Assembly: GCF_018350175.1 (NCBI RefSeq)
Contig: NC_058368.1
Location: 181,414,001 to 181,478,000 of the forward strand
Reading direction: 5' to 3'
From: Felis catus
Lineage: Eukaryota
Length of the DNA stretch: 64,000 nucleotides
Shown: in pieces, positions 1-12,882 of the stretch
Position numbering within the stretch: position 1 is the first letter of the stretch
Layout: each line of letters starts with the position of its first letter
Notes under the pieces: generated by a model
Told to the model about the DNA's origin: nothing
The model's database searches: none
Seen by the model: only the letters and a program-made list of their open reading frames with translations
Position numbers and translations under genes: made by a program

Positions 1-2595
1 CTCACCATTGTGAACAACCTACGTCACCCTCAGTGGCCACATTATTTTGTGACATCAATTCTTTACACAATGAGCTTCCTCTGCCTTGAAGTTTTTGTAT
101 CCCCCTATTCACAACTGGATGATGACTATTCATTCTGTAAGATTCACCCTGCATGTCAACTGCTCTGAAAAATCTTGATCAAAATCTCCAGCAAAAATTA
201 GCTCCTTCTTTAGATTCCCAAATCACTTTGTGGCTACCTTTATTATAGCACGTATTCCCCTTAATTATAATTTACCTGTTAATGTGTCTGTTCATTTTAT
301 TTTTAAATTCTAAGTGAGCTGAAAACATCTCTCACTTACTGAATTAATGTAGCTACAATATACGTGTGGAATGATTGGGTGAAAGTGTAAAATTAGAAAT
401 TGTTTCTGGCTGAAAATGTTGGATACTGAATAAAGTATACTCATGTTCATAATGTTTAGTTTAGTTTTTTTTTTTCCTTAATCGTCAAAAGGAAACAGGT
501 TGCAAGCTCACCTGCTTTTATTTTTCTTGTTTCTGTTCTGTTATACATGCTTTTATAACACAGGAAGTTTAGGTATACTAGCATTTTAATTTGCTGGACG
601 ATGCTTTGTAATCACTGATTAGAAAGAATACAAGGAGCCTTAGAAGTCTCTACGGTTCTGTCCAAATTCCCCTTTGCAAACTTCTGATATGATTTATAAT
701 CCTCAGGTAATAAAGGAGCTTTCCTCAACTTTCTTCACAGCCAGCCTACTGAACCTCTTCATTCTCCATCTCTACCACTCCTGTGGGCAAGAACAAAAGC
801 AGAAAAAAAAAAGCTAGGGAACAGAGAGGCCTTTTCATGCTCTTAATCAAAGGTCTGTAGCTGCCTGAACTTGGTCTACACTCCAAGCAGCTCTCCCAAG
901 TAGGGACGGTCCAGATCAGCTGGCTATAGTGGCCAGCAAAAACAGAGGAACTACAAATTACTGCACCCACTCTATATCCTAGTTCTCCACTCTGACAAAA
1001 CAACAACAACAACAACAACAACAACAAAAACAAAAGCACACACAGAAATCAAAAAGACTGACATCAGATGAGAGGGTGGAGAGATTATTGTGGGTGCAAG
1101 TACAAGTTTACATCTGTTGCAGTTTGGGAGTGGGGAGAAATGTATTGAAAACTCTTTAGGGGGCAGCACTGCATAGGTGTTGGCATTGGTAAGTTGGGGG
1201 TTAAAATTAAACTCCATCACTTGTGAATGTCAAGAAGTTACTTCACCTGATAAGCCTTCATTTCTTCATTTCTGAAGGTGAAGGGATCGTGATAGCTCCC
1301 CAGTTATGCTTGAGTTGACTCAGAGAGGTGCTGAACACAGCATGTGGCACACGGATCACACCTCACTCCCGTATATGTGTTATTTGGTCCCTTAGATGAA
1401 TATACAGGATCAGAGCCTTTGTTATTAATAACCATTGGCGTTAAACTAGAGACTAATAATAGTTTTATTGGTTTGATTTGTAGGGATAATATAGGAAAAT
1501 AGCTGGGATAGAATTTGGAAGAGGAGAATTTGAGGCATGGCTTAACCTCTAAGTAGCTGTATTATGATTCACAAGTCTGTCTTCTAGTTTCAATTTCCTC
1601 ATCTTTATACCAAAGGGGTTAAAGCAATTGGTCTCATGTATAGCACTAATGTTTAACTCTCTTGGATAAGCCAGATTCTCTTACGTTGCATGCAAAATGA
1701 AATAGTGAGAATAATGGAGGTGGAAGGGAGAGGGCATGTTCACAAACAAGTGTCACACAGCAGAAGGGTGCTGGTCAACCATGTTAAAATAGGCAAGCAG
1801 TGTTCACAATAATTTGAGAGGCTCTAATTTGGCAACACACAAGTTGAATTTCTATTCAACAATGGATTTTGTCACCTTTCTCTTTTGTTACATTTTTAAC
1901 CTCTAAGCCCTCCACAAATTCTGATTTCAAAAGACAAAGAGGGCTTTGGTGACAACTGCAAAACGCTTGCAAATCAGAGCCTCAATTCAGTGCCTTTTTA
2001 AAGATATCAGCAGAGATTGCCACTACAAATAACATGCCCATGTATCATAAGAGGAGCCATTACTATGAAAATGAAATGTGCCGACAGCATGTTAACACAG
2101 AGTTACAGGGCTAAAAGAGATTATAAGCACAACGGAAGAAAGGAATCAAAAAAAAAAGGGGGGGGGGGAAGGGAAGAGGAAAAGGAAAGAAAAAGGAGAG
2201 AAGGAAAAGAAAGGAGAGGACAAGCCATTACTGAATGGGAATTCCTAGAACAGTAAATGAATTGTCTGTTTGGCCAAGTCTAAAAAGTGCCACTTAACTC
2301 CAACTTTCAGAGAGAGATGAGGCTCACGCATATGCTACTTATTAATTTTATACCATGAAATGTATGTGAAAATAAATTGATTTTATTTTCAAAAGACAAA
2401 CTTTTAATATTAACATTGAAGGCATATTTTAAAGTTCCTCAAGTACCTTTAAGGAATTTTAAGAAAGTTTCACTGTTCTTAAATAATTCAAATGGTGGCT
2501 ATTGTATGTTTAAGGTTAGTTGATGTTTTTAAGTTTGGTTAAGATCATGGGGCCAGAATTTAACTTCTTGGGCTATAGTGCAACTCCATTATTTT

Positions 2596-2964
2596 GTTTG
2601 TTTAATTCCAGTAAAGTTAAAATATAGTGCTATATTAGTTTCAGGTGTACAATAAAGTGAGTCAACAATTCCATACAACACGCAGTGCTCATCACTTACA
2701 ATGTACTCTTAATCCCCTTCACCCATCTCTCCTATTCCCCTGCTTGCCTCTTCTCTGATAACCACCAGTTTGCTCTCTATAATTAATAGTCTGTTTTATT
2801 GGTCTCTTTTATTTTTTCATTTGTTTGTTAAATTTGACACGAGTAGAATCATATGGTATTTGTCTTTCTCTGACTTATTTCATTTAGCATTTTACCCTCT
2901 AGATTCAACCATGCTGTTACAAATGGCAAGATTTAATTCTTTTTTATTACTGAGTAATATTCCA

Positions 2965-3009
<45 letters not shown>

Positions 3010-3270
3010 TGTGTGTGTGTACACACACAGACACACACACACACACACACACACACTACATGTTTTTATCCACTCATCTGTCGATGGACACTTAGGTTAC
3101 TTCCATATTTTGGCTATTGTAAATAAAGCTGCAATATACATAGGGGTCCATGTATCTTTTCAAGTTAGTGTTTTCATATTCTTTGGGTAAATACCCAGTA
3201 GTGGAATTACCGGACCATATGGTAATTCTATTTTTAATTTTTGAGAAAGATCTATACTGTTTTCCATAGC
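2596..3270 (-). mobile_element. 5'-truncated carnivore L1 (ORF2 end + 3'UTR) inserted into a MIR
   Basis: Antisense L1 motifs (tatattagtttcaggtgtacaa; gatggacacttaggttacttccatattttggctattgt; ggtaaatacccagtagtggaatt). Degenerate TSD caactccattatttt (2581-2595) / caactctgctctttt (3271-3285). MIR-like sequence on both sides. Confidence 0.8.
2967..3056. repeat. Compound (GT)n-(AC)n palindromic microsatellite
   Basis: Read directly from the sequence. Confidence 0.95.
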
Positions 3271-3440
3271 CAACTCTGCTCTTTTCTGACTGTGTGAACT
3301 TCAGCAAGCTTCATCTTAGCTTTCTCATTGTCAAATGGAGATAATCAAAGTATTCCATTCACAGGTTTTGGTGAAGTAATAAATAAAACAATTCATAAAA
3401 GCACTGGACATAGTAGGCACATAGTACGTAGTCAATAAAT
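3271..3440 (+). mobile_element. MIR (3' part, split by the L1)
   Basis: MIR core-like ctgtgtgaacttcagcaag...tttctcattgtcaaatggagataat and 3' end ggcacatagtacgtagtcaataaat. Confidence 0.6.
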
Positions 3441-3555
3441 ATAAACTGTAAATATTAGTAGAGCTCAAAACACTTTAAAATGCTATATATTTTGTGATAA
3501 AATATGTATGCACATCAACTCATAATCAGATGCAGAAAAGATAAAATATATCGCT

Positions 3556-3689
3556 GACTTAATAACTTTATTATAACTCCATTGAAACTATTTACTCCAA
3601 TACAGCCATCATATAGAGTGAAGACTTAATAACTTTATTATAACTCCATTGAAACTATTTACTCCAATACAGCCATCATATAGAGTGAA
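3556..3689. repeat. Perfect 67-bp tandem duplication
   Basis: gacttaataactttattataactccattgaaactatttactccaatacagccatcatatagagtgaa at 3556-3622 and 3623-3689. Confidence 0.95.
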
Positions 3690-3811
3690 GCCAAGGTAAC
3701 CATTGGATTACTAAGTCTAGAAGCTGAACTGTTACACAGATTTTCTAAAGCTCCTTGATTTTTGAAGGGACCAAGCTTATTCCAGCCTTGCTCTTCTGAG
3801 TCTTACCTTTT

Positions 3812-4018
3812 TAAAAAAGTTTATTTATCTGAGTGATACAGTGAGCATGCCCATGTGTGAGCTGGTAGGGGCAGAAGAGGGAAAAAGAGAATCCCAAGCA
3901 GGCTCAGCACTATCAGCACAGAGCTTGATATGGGGCACCAACTCACAAACCTTGAGATCATGACCTGAGCCAAAATCAAGAGTCAGACACTTAACCAAGT
4001 GACATCCCCAGGTGCCCC
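3812..4018 (-). mobile_element. Can-SINE (older subfamily)
   Basis: Reverse of ggggcacctggg...ttaagtgtctgactcttgattttggctcaggtcatgatctc. TSD-like gagtcttacctttt / gagtctaactttt. Confidence 0.9.
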
Positions 4019-4417
4019 TAGAGTCTAACTTTTAAAGACATTATCTTCCCCACCATGCAAGTGTATCTACATCCCCCATCTTGGAGCAAAGGGGCAATAA
4101 TATCAAATATATCCACACAACCACAAACTAGAAACTAACAGTCTCCCATCTCTCTCCAACTCCACTGGAAGTAGTCTATCCAGTGCTAGCACCACGAAGC
4201 AGCCCTGAAAGAATGTGCCTTATATTACCTGGTCCAAGGACACAGAAAATAGTGATAACTCCCAAACTCTTTGCAGTTATTTTTTAGTCAAAAGAATCAA
4301 AGAGGTTGGGAGAAAGGATCTCTGGTAAAAATGTCTAAAATATTTATTTTTCTAATAAAATAATGATTTTTATATTAATAATAACAACAGCTACCACTTA
4401 ATATATATACTAGGTAT

Positions 4418-4620
4418 GGGGTGCTTGGGTGGCTCAGTCCATTAAGCTTCTGACTTGGCTCAGGTCATGATCTCACCACTCGTGAGTTTGAGCCTCACGT
4501 TGGGCTCTGTGCTGATAGCTTAGAGCCTAGAACCTGCTTCAGATTCTGTGTCTTCCTCTGTCTCTGACCCCAGCTTGCTGTCTCTCTGTCTCTCAAAAAT
4601 AAATCAACATTAAAAAAATT
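4418..4620 (+). mobile_element. Can-SINE (SINEC_Fc-like)
   Basis: ggggtgcttgggtggctcagtcc...ggctcaggtcatgatctc, (CT)-rich segment, aataaa and A tail. Confidence 0.92.
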
Positions 4621-4624
4621 TTTG

Positions 4625-4863
4625 GGAGGCGCCTGGGTGGCTCAGTTGGTTAAGTGACTGACTTAGGCTCAGGTCACGATCTCACGGTTCGTGAGTTTGA
4701 GCCCCACGTCAGGCTCTGTGCTGACAGCTCAGAACCTGGAGCCTGCTTTGATTCTGTGTCTCCTCTCTCTGCCCCTCTGCCTCTGGAGCTCTGTCTCTGT
4801 CTGTCTGTCTGTCTCTCTCTCAAAAATAAACATTAAAAAATTTTTTTCAAATTAAAAAAAAAA
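4625..4863 (+). mobile_element. Can-SINE (SINEC_Fc-like) inserted in the tail of the previous SINE
   Basis: ggcgcctgggtggctcagttggttaag...ctcaggtcacgatctcacggttcgtgag with A tail. Outer TSD actaggt flanks the pair. Confidence 0.92.
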
Positions 4864-5098
4864 CTAGGTGTTTCTTTAACAAATTTATCTAAAGGTTACA
4901 TCATTAAACAACCTTACAGTGCTTGTAGGGGTCCCACAGCTAGAAATTGATGATACCATAGCCCTGAAGCCACTAGGATGTTCCCTGTCCCATTTTCTTT
5001 TATTTGCCCTAATAATCCATTAGGAATTCAGCCTAGTTTTCTTGTTCCTCAGTAAAGCCTTTATCCAATTACTTTTCATCTCCTCGTCCATTTTACTT

Positions 5099-5146
5099 AC
5101 TGCCTCTATCACTGATACAAGAACTGCCTCTATCACTGATACAAGA
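5099..5146. repeat. Perfect 24-bp tandem duplication
   Basis: actgcctctatcactgatacaaga x2. Confidence 0.95.
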
Positions 5147-7344
5147 TTTCTTTTATCTTTGTTAATGACCTATTGCTTCATTTTGGAGTTTCTATTGCAT
5201 GCACAATTATTTCTGGAGTTTAAATTCACATCCATTTCTTCCAGAGTGTCACACTACCTTAAAAAAAATCCTCACCTGGTTTTACACTTGTATTTGCACA
5301 TAATTCAGAAGATGAGTTTGTCTCTTCAATTTGGGACTCAGCCATGCCTATATGCAGTACCTTCTATTCCTGGCTTCCTTGATAAGTGTGTCTCTATAGA
5401 ATATTATTATTTTACTGCAATGTGTAGGACATGAAATATACAAGATAACTAACTGAATCAACAACGCTGAAAGACTATTCATAACTACTCAGATGTTCAG
5501 TGCTTCCATTTTCACTGTTGAGTTAATTAGGTTTTTTTTTTTTTTTGTGATTAGTGTTTGTGAACTCAACCCAGTACAAGCAAATAAAATACTGCACAGG
5601 ATATTTCTGAAGTGATAGGTCACATTAAGAATCCTATGGAATGAATGCAAGCTACTCATGGGGATGGAACTGGGGCAAAGCCAAACGTCCCGTGCCAGAT
5701 AAAATGAATTCTCCTCTCCTGACCACCTCCCCTGCAATACTGAAGCCTCTGGTTCATTGCCACAAAGCTGTTCTCCAGGGAACAAAGCCTGTTTCTGTTG
5801 AGGTGGGTGCAGCTACCAGCAACGGAGCCCTCACCATGATTCAAGTGCAGTTTAGACGTGCTAGAGGCAAAGGAAGCAATTTTCACAAAGAATAGCAGGA
5901 GCTATCTATACAAATGTAGAACAACATAAAAAAGCATAAAAGGTATTGATAATTAATTTAAAATACCATAAGGAAACCATAGCTAGAGTGAGGGGAAAAA
6001 TAGAGCCTCAACAAAGACAAACAGAACTGCTGAAGCCATGAAATAAAGTGCCCCAACACTCTGGACTGCAATTGCAACGCCCAAATTTTTTCCTGTAATT
6101 ATGGTTCTACTTATCCCATCTTAGATTCATAGAAAAACTTGAGTGGATAGGGAATTATGTCATGCTGGGAATATAGAAATAAGTTTGAACAAATTGCCCA
6201 TTTGTGATTATTTAAATAAAACATCATAATTGGAATATGTTGGTCGATAAAGGCAATTTTTTTTCCTTCTTTCTCTTTTGTATAAGAACAATACACTAAA
6301 TGCTATCTTGATTTTTTTTAGCTGCATTTCTGTAAATACAGTATTTAATGCCAGGTGCCCCCTCAATTTTACATTGTGATAGGCTACATAAAAGGAGGAG
6401 TAAATGCACTCCAAGTTGTTTTCCACACCACTTGGGCTCTGACAAGTCATTAAGAACATTCTCTGCTTGGGTATTGTCTTCCATGATAATTATATGCAGC
6501 TTGACTCAGTGGTACTCACATATAATGGGTCTCACTTTTACCACTTTTATTTCAACTATGGTTCACTTGTTACTTATGTTTATATTTGCTGCTTTCACAG
6601 ACTCTTTAAAAATATATCTCCCAAATGGAAGAGGTTCCCCTTCTCTTTTACCCCAAAACAAATTATACTCCCTTTTGCTCCCAACAAAGAAAAGATAGTT
6701 TTTGGTTATCGAATAATGATAGAACTTTCTGTACTGAGTTTTTCTCAGATGTGGCTAAAGAGGTGTAGATGCCCTGCATCATCACTTCTGCAGGCACACA
6801 CATGCATCCAGGAAGGTTAAAAGGGCTTGGTCTTATATCCTTAGGCACCATCTGTCTTTCAATCCTGAAAAAGTCCCTAGTTGACAGGATTTTGCAGCTT
6901 TTAGATAGATATTTTTGAAATAATTTCTTATTTCAACTAGCATTTGGTAGAATCAAATGAGTTATTTTCTTTTCATAATATCCTTCAACAGATAATAAAT
7001 GGAAAGTATGATGTAAATGCCCACTGTGAGCAAAGTTTGGGTCTACACACTGGAGGAGACCTGAAGAAGAATGCAGCTGAAACCCTGCCGTCAAAATTAA
7101 GGTGAAGACATAGATAAAAACATATGAATGTTAAAAGTGCCAGAAAGATACTGTGGAGCCTAAATGTTATAGGAACGGTGAGAAAGCAGAAATGATGGTG
7201 GGTAGGGGAAACACACACCACGGCTGACCCTTTGTTCTCAGATTTAGACAGGAGCATGAAGGAATTAAACCACCTAAGCCAGCTACTATTTTAGGTCTTA
7301 GATCTTATTGGCCAATGCTTGCTGAGTGGAAGCAATAGATGTCC

Positions 7345-7490
7345 ATAGATGCCCAGCTTCTGCTTGAATCTCTCTTGTGACAGGGAGATCACTCTGTCAC
7401 AAACTCTACTTCTCTGCATTTTGAAAGCTATTTCCTATGTGGAATTGGAACTATGTGAACATTCTACTTCTACCCCAGAGGTTACACAGT
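7345..7490. mobile_element. Ancient CR1/L3-like fragment
   Basis: ccagcttctgcttgaatctctcttgtgacagggagatcact resembles the recalled L3/CR1 motif ctgcttgaatacctccagtgacggggagctcac. Confidence 0.4.
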
Positions 7491-8394
7491 TTATACCTAT
7501 GTGGCCAAGAGCATGAGATCTGCAGTAAGAGATAATGGGTTCAAATGCAGACCTTGAAGACAACTCTCTGGTGTCCTCTTTCCATGATGTTCTTGTATAC
7601 CATAAGGTAATAATAATGTTTAGAGAAGTGACATGCTCAAGATCTCATATCTCATTAATGACAGAAATACAGTAAGAACTGAGATATCTGAAAAATCCAG
7701 TGACTTTGTCATTATGAAACAATTCAGGAAAATTCCAAGCTTTTAGCCAGGAAAATAACATGTGTTGTTCCCCCCTCCGCCATAACAAGTAGTACCACAG
7801 GATTTAAGGAAGATTTTAATATTCCTAATGATTAACTGACTCAAATTCTTGGTGAGAAATTAGGGATATGAAAAACTAAACAAATTGTCTTAATGAGAAA
7901 GCAGCTCATTCAAACCAACAGTAATCACTACTCCAAGTAAGAACCCATGATTTCCATTCTCCATATTTCTTTTTCTTCTTTCCATTTCCATTTTCAAAAC
8001 TGAAGTTTGGCCATTGGATATACACCTTCTAGATGGTTTAATTCAGTAATTTCCTGGTAGATTCTTCCTAATTCCAAAGTCTACTCACTTCTACTTCCTC
8101 CTTCACACCATTCATCAAACCACTAACATAAAACACAGAATAGAGAATGATACCTCCCTTCTCATGAACCCCAATTATCTGTAGGATCATGTCTAAACCT
8201 GTTGGCAAGCTACTCAAGATTTTTTCGAGTAGGCCCAAATCTACTTACCCAAATCCTGCCTCACCTCACACTGAGAGGGGCTATTGTTGCACCAAGTCAA
8301 TGAACACTTACTCCTTATATTCCAAATGGTCAATAAAGTTTAGCTATCATAACATTTATCCTGGAAGGCAAAAGTTCTTCCACAACAATTGTCA

Positions 8395-9050
8395 TTTATT
8401 TATTTAGTCAACCAATGTGCATTGATCATTATTATAGACACTAGGGATATGCTAACAAAAATAAAAATAAAAACAGACCTAGTTCTCAATGAATTTCTCT
8501 TTCAATGGGGAAACAAACAAACAAACAAACAAACAATAAATAAATAAATAAATAAATAAATAAAATATATACTTTGTTAGTTACTGAGAGATACTAAGAA
8601 GAAAAATAAAGCAGAAAGAGAAGATACAGTATACTGGAAAGGAGGGTTTGATATTTAGGTTGACAACTTACCGGATAATCAACCAGGGAAGATCTCAGTG
8701 TGAAGGTGATATTTGAGCCAAAAGCCAAAGAAGGTGAACAACTGCTTCAATTGTTTTTCGAGGGAATTCCAGGGATAGGAAGGGATAGCAAAGGCAAACG
8801 CATTGCCGTGTTTTGTATTGTGGAAAGCCAGTATAACTAGTTCAGATTAAGAGGGGAAGACACTAGTAAGAAAATGAGTCCCAGATTCACATCTCTGTAG
8901 AAGAGCATTTAGGGGTTTGTAGATCATATTGAGGATTTTACACTTTTCATGGAATGATGTGGAGGACTATTGGGAGGTTTTGAGCAGAAGAATATGTCTG
9001 ATTTATTAAAAAAAAACAGGGTTACATTTGATGCTGAGACAAGAACAACT
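8395..9050 (-). mobile_element. L2 fragment(s) with (AAAC)n(AAAT)n microsatellite at ~8511-8565
   Basis: L2-like motifs (agggaagatctcagtgtgaaggtgatatttgagc; ggactattgggaggttttgagcagaagaatatgtctgattt). Confidence 0.55.
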
Positions 9051-9599
9051 CCGTTTTTACTTTGAACCTTGGCAGAAAGAAAATATGTCATCCCACTACA
9101 TCTAGAGACTGCATCTGGAAAACCTTCGGATGCATCCATTTTTATCTATCTACACCCTCACTAGCTTAGCCTAAGCCACCATCATTTTTTATCTAATTTA
9201 AAACAGTATCATCATAAATGGTTTTCCATCATTAGCTCTTGTCCCCACTTAATCAATTCATTTTGCAGAAATTAAGATGATCAGTTTAATATATGAGACC
9301 CTGCAATGGCTTACCTATTGATTTAGAATATAACTTAATTCCTCATGGCCTGAAATGGCATATTGAATTGCTCTATTTCACCATGTTCTCCCTCTCTAAT
9401 ATCATCTCTGTGGCATTCTGAGGTATTCTAGGATTCTTTCCCATCTCTAGACCTTCACACAGTTGTCCCTCAACCTAGAGATTCCCCTTCCCCCCAGTCT
9501 TTTGAAATGATAATGCCTTCACTTTGTCCTAATGAAGTTGAAATGATAGTGTGTCAGGGAGGCTTTTTCTGAACATGCTATCTAAAGTATATCACTCTG

Positions 9600-9782
9600 A
9601 GGACGCCTGGGTGGCTTAGTCAGTTAAACGTCTGACTCTTGATTTCAGCTCAGGTCATGATCTCAGTGTTCTTGGGATCGAACCCCATGGTGAGCTGTGT
9701 GCTGACAGCATGGAGCCTGCTTGGGATTCTTTCTCTCCCCCTCTCTTCGTCTCTCCTTTCTCAAATAAACTTAAAAAAAAAT
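9600..9782 (+). mobile_element. Can-SINE (older subfamily) inside an L2 relic
   Basis: ggacgcctgggtggcttagtcagttaaacgtctgactcttgatttcagctcagg. TSD taaagtatatcactct (9583-9598) / taaagtatgccactcc (9783-9798). Confidence 0.9.
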
Positions 9783-10439
9783 TAAAGTATGCCACTCCCT
9801 ACGGTTCTGTTATAAACCATTCATTCATTCATTCATTCATTCATTCATTCAATTGATATTTATTAAGTGCCTATGTACCAAATACTATCTTATGTACCAT
9901 TCTTTTCTCTTCATTGCTTTATTCTAATCTGTGACTATATTTCATATTCAATTCCAGCCTTCCCAACTGGACCCCAAACTCCATAAATGTAGGAGCCATG
10001 TGTGTTTTGTTCACCATGACATTTTTTTATGATATGTGACAAGTAATCAAAAATATTTGTAGAATACATGAATAATGTTATTCAGAATTTGTTGGTTTCT
10101 CCTTTAGGCTTCTACAGTAGAAAATAATTCATTAAAATTTCATATCTCAAGTAATTATCAATAGCTCTTTCTTCAGTAGGATGTAGCTAATCTGAGATAT
10201 AAATGATTTCTTTATCATTACTGTTTCTTTCAAAAAGCCTAGCTTAGTAGTTTCATAAGTATAAACACTTCTTGAATTGAAATGATGACTGAGTAGAGCT
10301 TTGAGGTTTTCCCCAGTATCTCAACTGAATGTGTCTTGGGAGACTTGACTTTATTCTGTTTTAAAAGGGTATGTATAAAATTACTAAGATTATTGGTCAG
10401 TTCCAGAAGTATAACAACAAAGCAGATGCACTTTCCATG

Positions 10440-10995
10440 CTTCAAGTCTAAGGGCTTCCCATTATAATTTCAAAAAGTACCGAACTATGGCCTCCAAAAG
10501 CCTATAAAATATATCCTGCTTTCTTCACCAAATTCATCTCATGGGATAATTTTCCTCCCTCATTCACAAAGGTCCAGCCACATTGGTCTTTCTCTAATCA
10601 TGAACTATGCTGAACACCTTCTCTCCTCAGGCTGGTCCACTGACCATTCCTCTACCCAGAATGCTCTTCACCCCGATCTCCACTGCACAGGCTTCTGCTT
10701 CTCCTCCAAGTTTCAGTTCAAATGTTACCTTTTCACACAGGTCTTTGCAGAAAGCTCAGTCCTTTACTTACTCCTCACCATAGTGCTGTGTAACTTCTCT
10801 ATTATTTTTTTTCCTTAATACCACTGAGATTATCTTATTTATTTATAAATTCATGGTTGATGTCTCCACCATAGAATATAATGTTCAATGCAGCACAAAT
10901 CTTGGTTTGTTCACTGTTACTTACCATCCTCTCTGTCTAGAACAATGACTGGCACATGAATGTACACAACAAGTATTTGTGGAATGAATGAATTC
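10440..10995 (+). mobile_element. L2 3' fragment
   Basis: L2 3' end motifs tctagaacaatgactggcaca...aagtatttgtggaatgaatgaat. Confidence 0.6.
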
Positions 10996-12697
10996 GTGCA
11001 TGCATAATGAGCATACTCCATTAGCATTTATTATAAATAGTTGGCCAATGTATAGCTGTTGAACTGTGTGTAAGCCACAATCCACAAGACATAATTAAGA
11101 ACAGGGGTAGGACAATTCTCAACTCTAATCTGGAAGTCATATAAGTGTCCCTGGATGAGATGTTACTTAAGGAAGAGTGGAGATTTCCTGAAGTAAAGGA
11201 TGATGGACTCTAATCTGGGCAATTAGTTACTAGATTTGAAGAATTGGGCTTTTCTCCTTCTAAGTCTCTAGGAACTAGCACACTTCCTGGCTCAAAGAAA
11301 ATCTACAATAGATGCTTGTTGAATTAATCTGAAATTAGAACAAAAACCTGCACTAGGACATTTGCTGCTATAAACTCCGGCATCACTCAAACTATATTTA
11401 AACCATGTTTACTTATTTATAAGTATCATTTAAATAGATGAATATAAATTCTTGTCAGCTAATTTCCAGTGATTTACTGAAATGCTCTATTTCAAAATGT
11501 CAAGTGGCCATTAGCAGTAAACCTCCAAGAATTTATCTGCCATAATATTCCTACTTAAACATTGTCATTGCGTTACTTCATTTTATCGGTTTATTTTTAA
11601 AAATCTTTCTGAAATCATTGAAAGTTTCTAATAGCAATTCATTTTCAATTTAAGGTGATTAAAATACATAGAGCAGAAATGGAAGGGAAACCCTCTACAG
11701 GGATACTAAACATCATTATACCTAATTGCCAGTAGGGGCTGCTAAAGCCAGGCATGTACTTGAATTCATAAGAGTGAAAGGCACAATTTTTGAAATTTGA
11801 TATCTTAAGCCAAATTAGGTAAATTCAGTCCATCTCAACCCTTCTGGAGAGTTAGAGAGAAGTTATTTGGCACCTCACTAAATTCATCTTGTTTCCTTTA
11901 CTCAGTAACTTATTTCAATCATCTTTCTTAAGATATATTTACCTTGTCATTCCAATATGATTAATATCTCAAGGCATTATATATAAAACTAAAAACACAG
12001 TCATATTTATTATCTTTCTCTCTTATGTTTATTTATATAATTTTCTTTGGTTCTATCCAAACACAGTGTAAGCCAAATAACTGTTAATTCTCCTATGTAG
12101 GTCTTTCTAAATGAGCAGATAAAGAAGGATGGAATCCTATACACTCCCATATCTGCAGTTCACACTTTTATGATTAAATTAGAGTTCTCCTGGGAGAATC
12201 TCACGTCCGTGATTATGAGCTCAAAATGTATAGGTTAGAGTATTGAGAGAAAATACCTATCCTTCTTTAAGTAGAGACTTAATTGGCAAAGAAGAATCAC
12301 TGCTTCTGAGTACAGATTGTGAGATAGAAAGTAATCACTTATGTGTGTCTGTACTGCTATTTGTAAATTTTAAACCTTAACAACAGTGTGCTTCTCTCCT
12401 AGAATGCATACAGCTCTATCACTCAAAACTAAGTTGTACAATTGAAAGGTGAATGAAAGCTACAAAGGACTCATATAATGGCTAACATTGACTGAGTTCC
12501 TACCATGGACCAATAACTGTTTTCAGTACTTTCCATAATCTATGTCTAATCTCCACAACAACACTTCAAGGTAAATATTATCTTCACTTCACCATGAAAA
12601 CCTGGACTTAACAGTTGGGTGACCAACTTACTCAAGGTCACAATCTAATAGTATCATAGCTAAGAAGAATTCAAACTTAGATCTCTCAGACCATTAT

Positions 12698-12882
12698 ACA
12701 AAATGTTCTCTAACTTGATCTTGCATCAGAATAGTCAAGTGGGCCTGTTAAAACCCAAAACACTGGATCTTATCTCCATAGTTTCTGATCAGTTGGCCTT
12801 GGGTGGGGCCTGATGATGTGTACTTCTTTCAAGTTCAAAAGTAATGATGTTGCTGATCCCAGACCACATTTGGGGAATTATT
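12698..12882. mobile_element. MER5A-like hAT-Charlie MITE
   Basis: gttctctaactt...gcatcagaat...tttctgatcagttggccttgggtggggcctga...gaccacatttggggaattattg. Confidence 0.7.

Noticed and set aside
746..1039. Leu-rich signal-peptide-like ORF
   Set aside because: The poly-Leu comes from the (CAA)n microsatellite, and the start is non-ATG.
2017..2256. Lys/Glu/Arg-rich ORF
   Set aside because: It is the translation of a purine low-complexity tract.
4418..4500. tRNA genes at SINE heads
   Set aside because: These are tRNA-derived SINE heads followed by a CT-rich body and A tail, not tRNA genes.
7376..7401. Small hairpin tgtgacag...ctgtcaca as a miRNA or structured RNA
   Set aside because: The stem is too short and lies within a probable CR1 relic.
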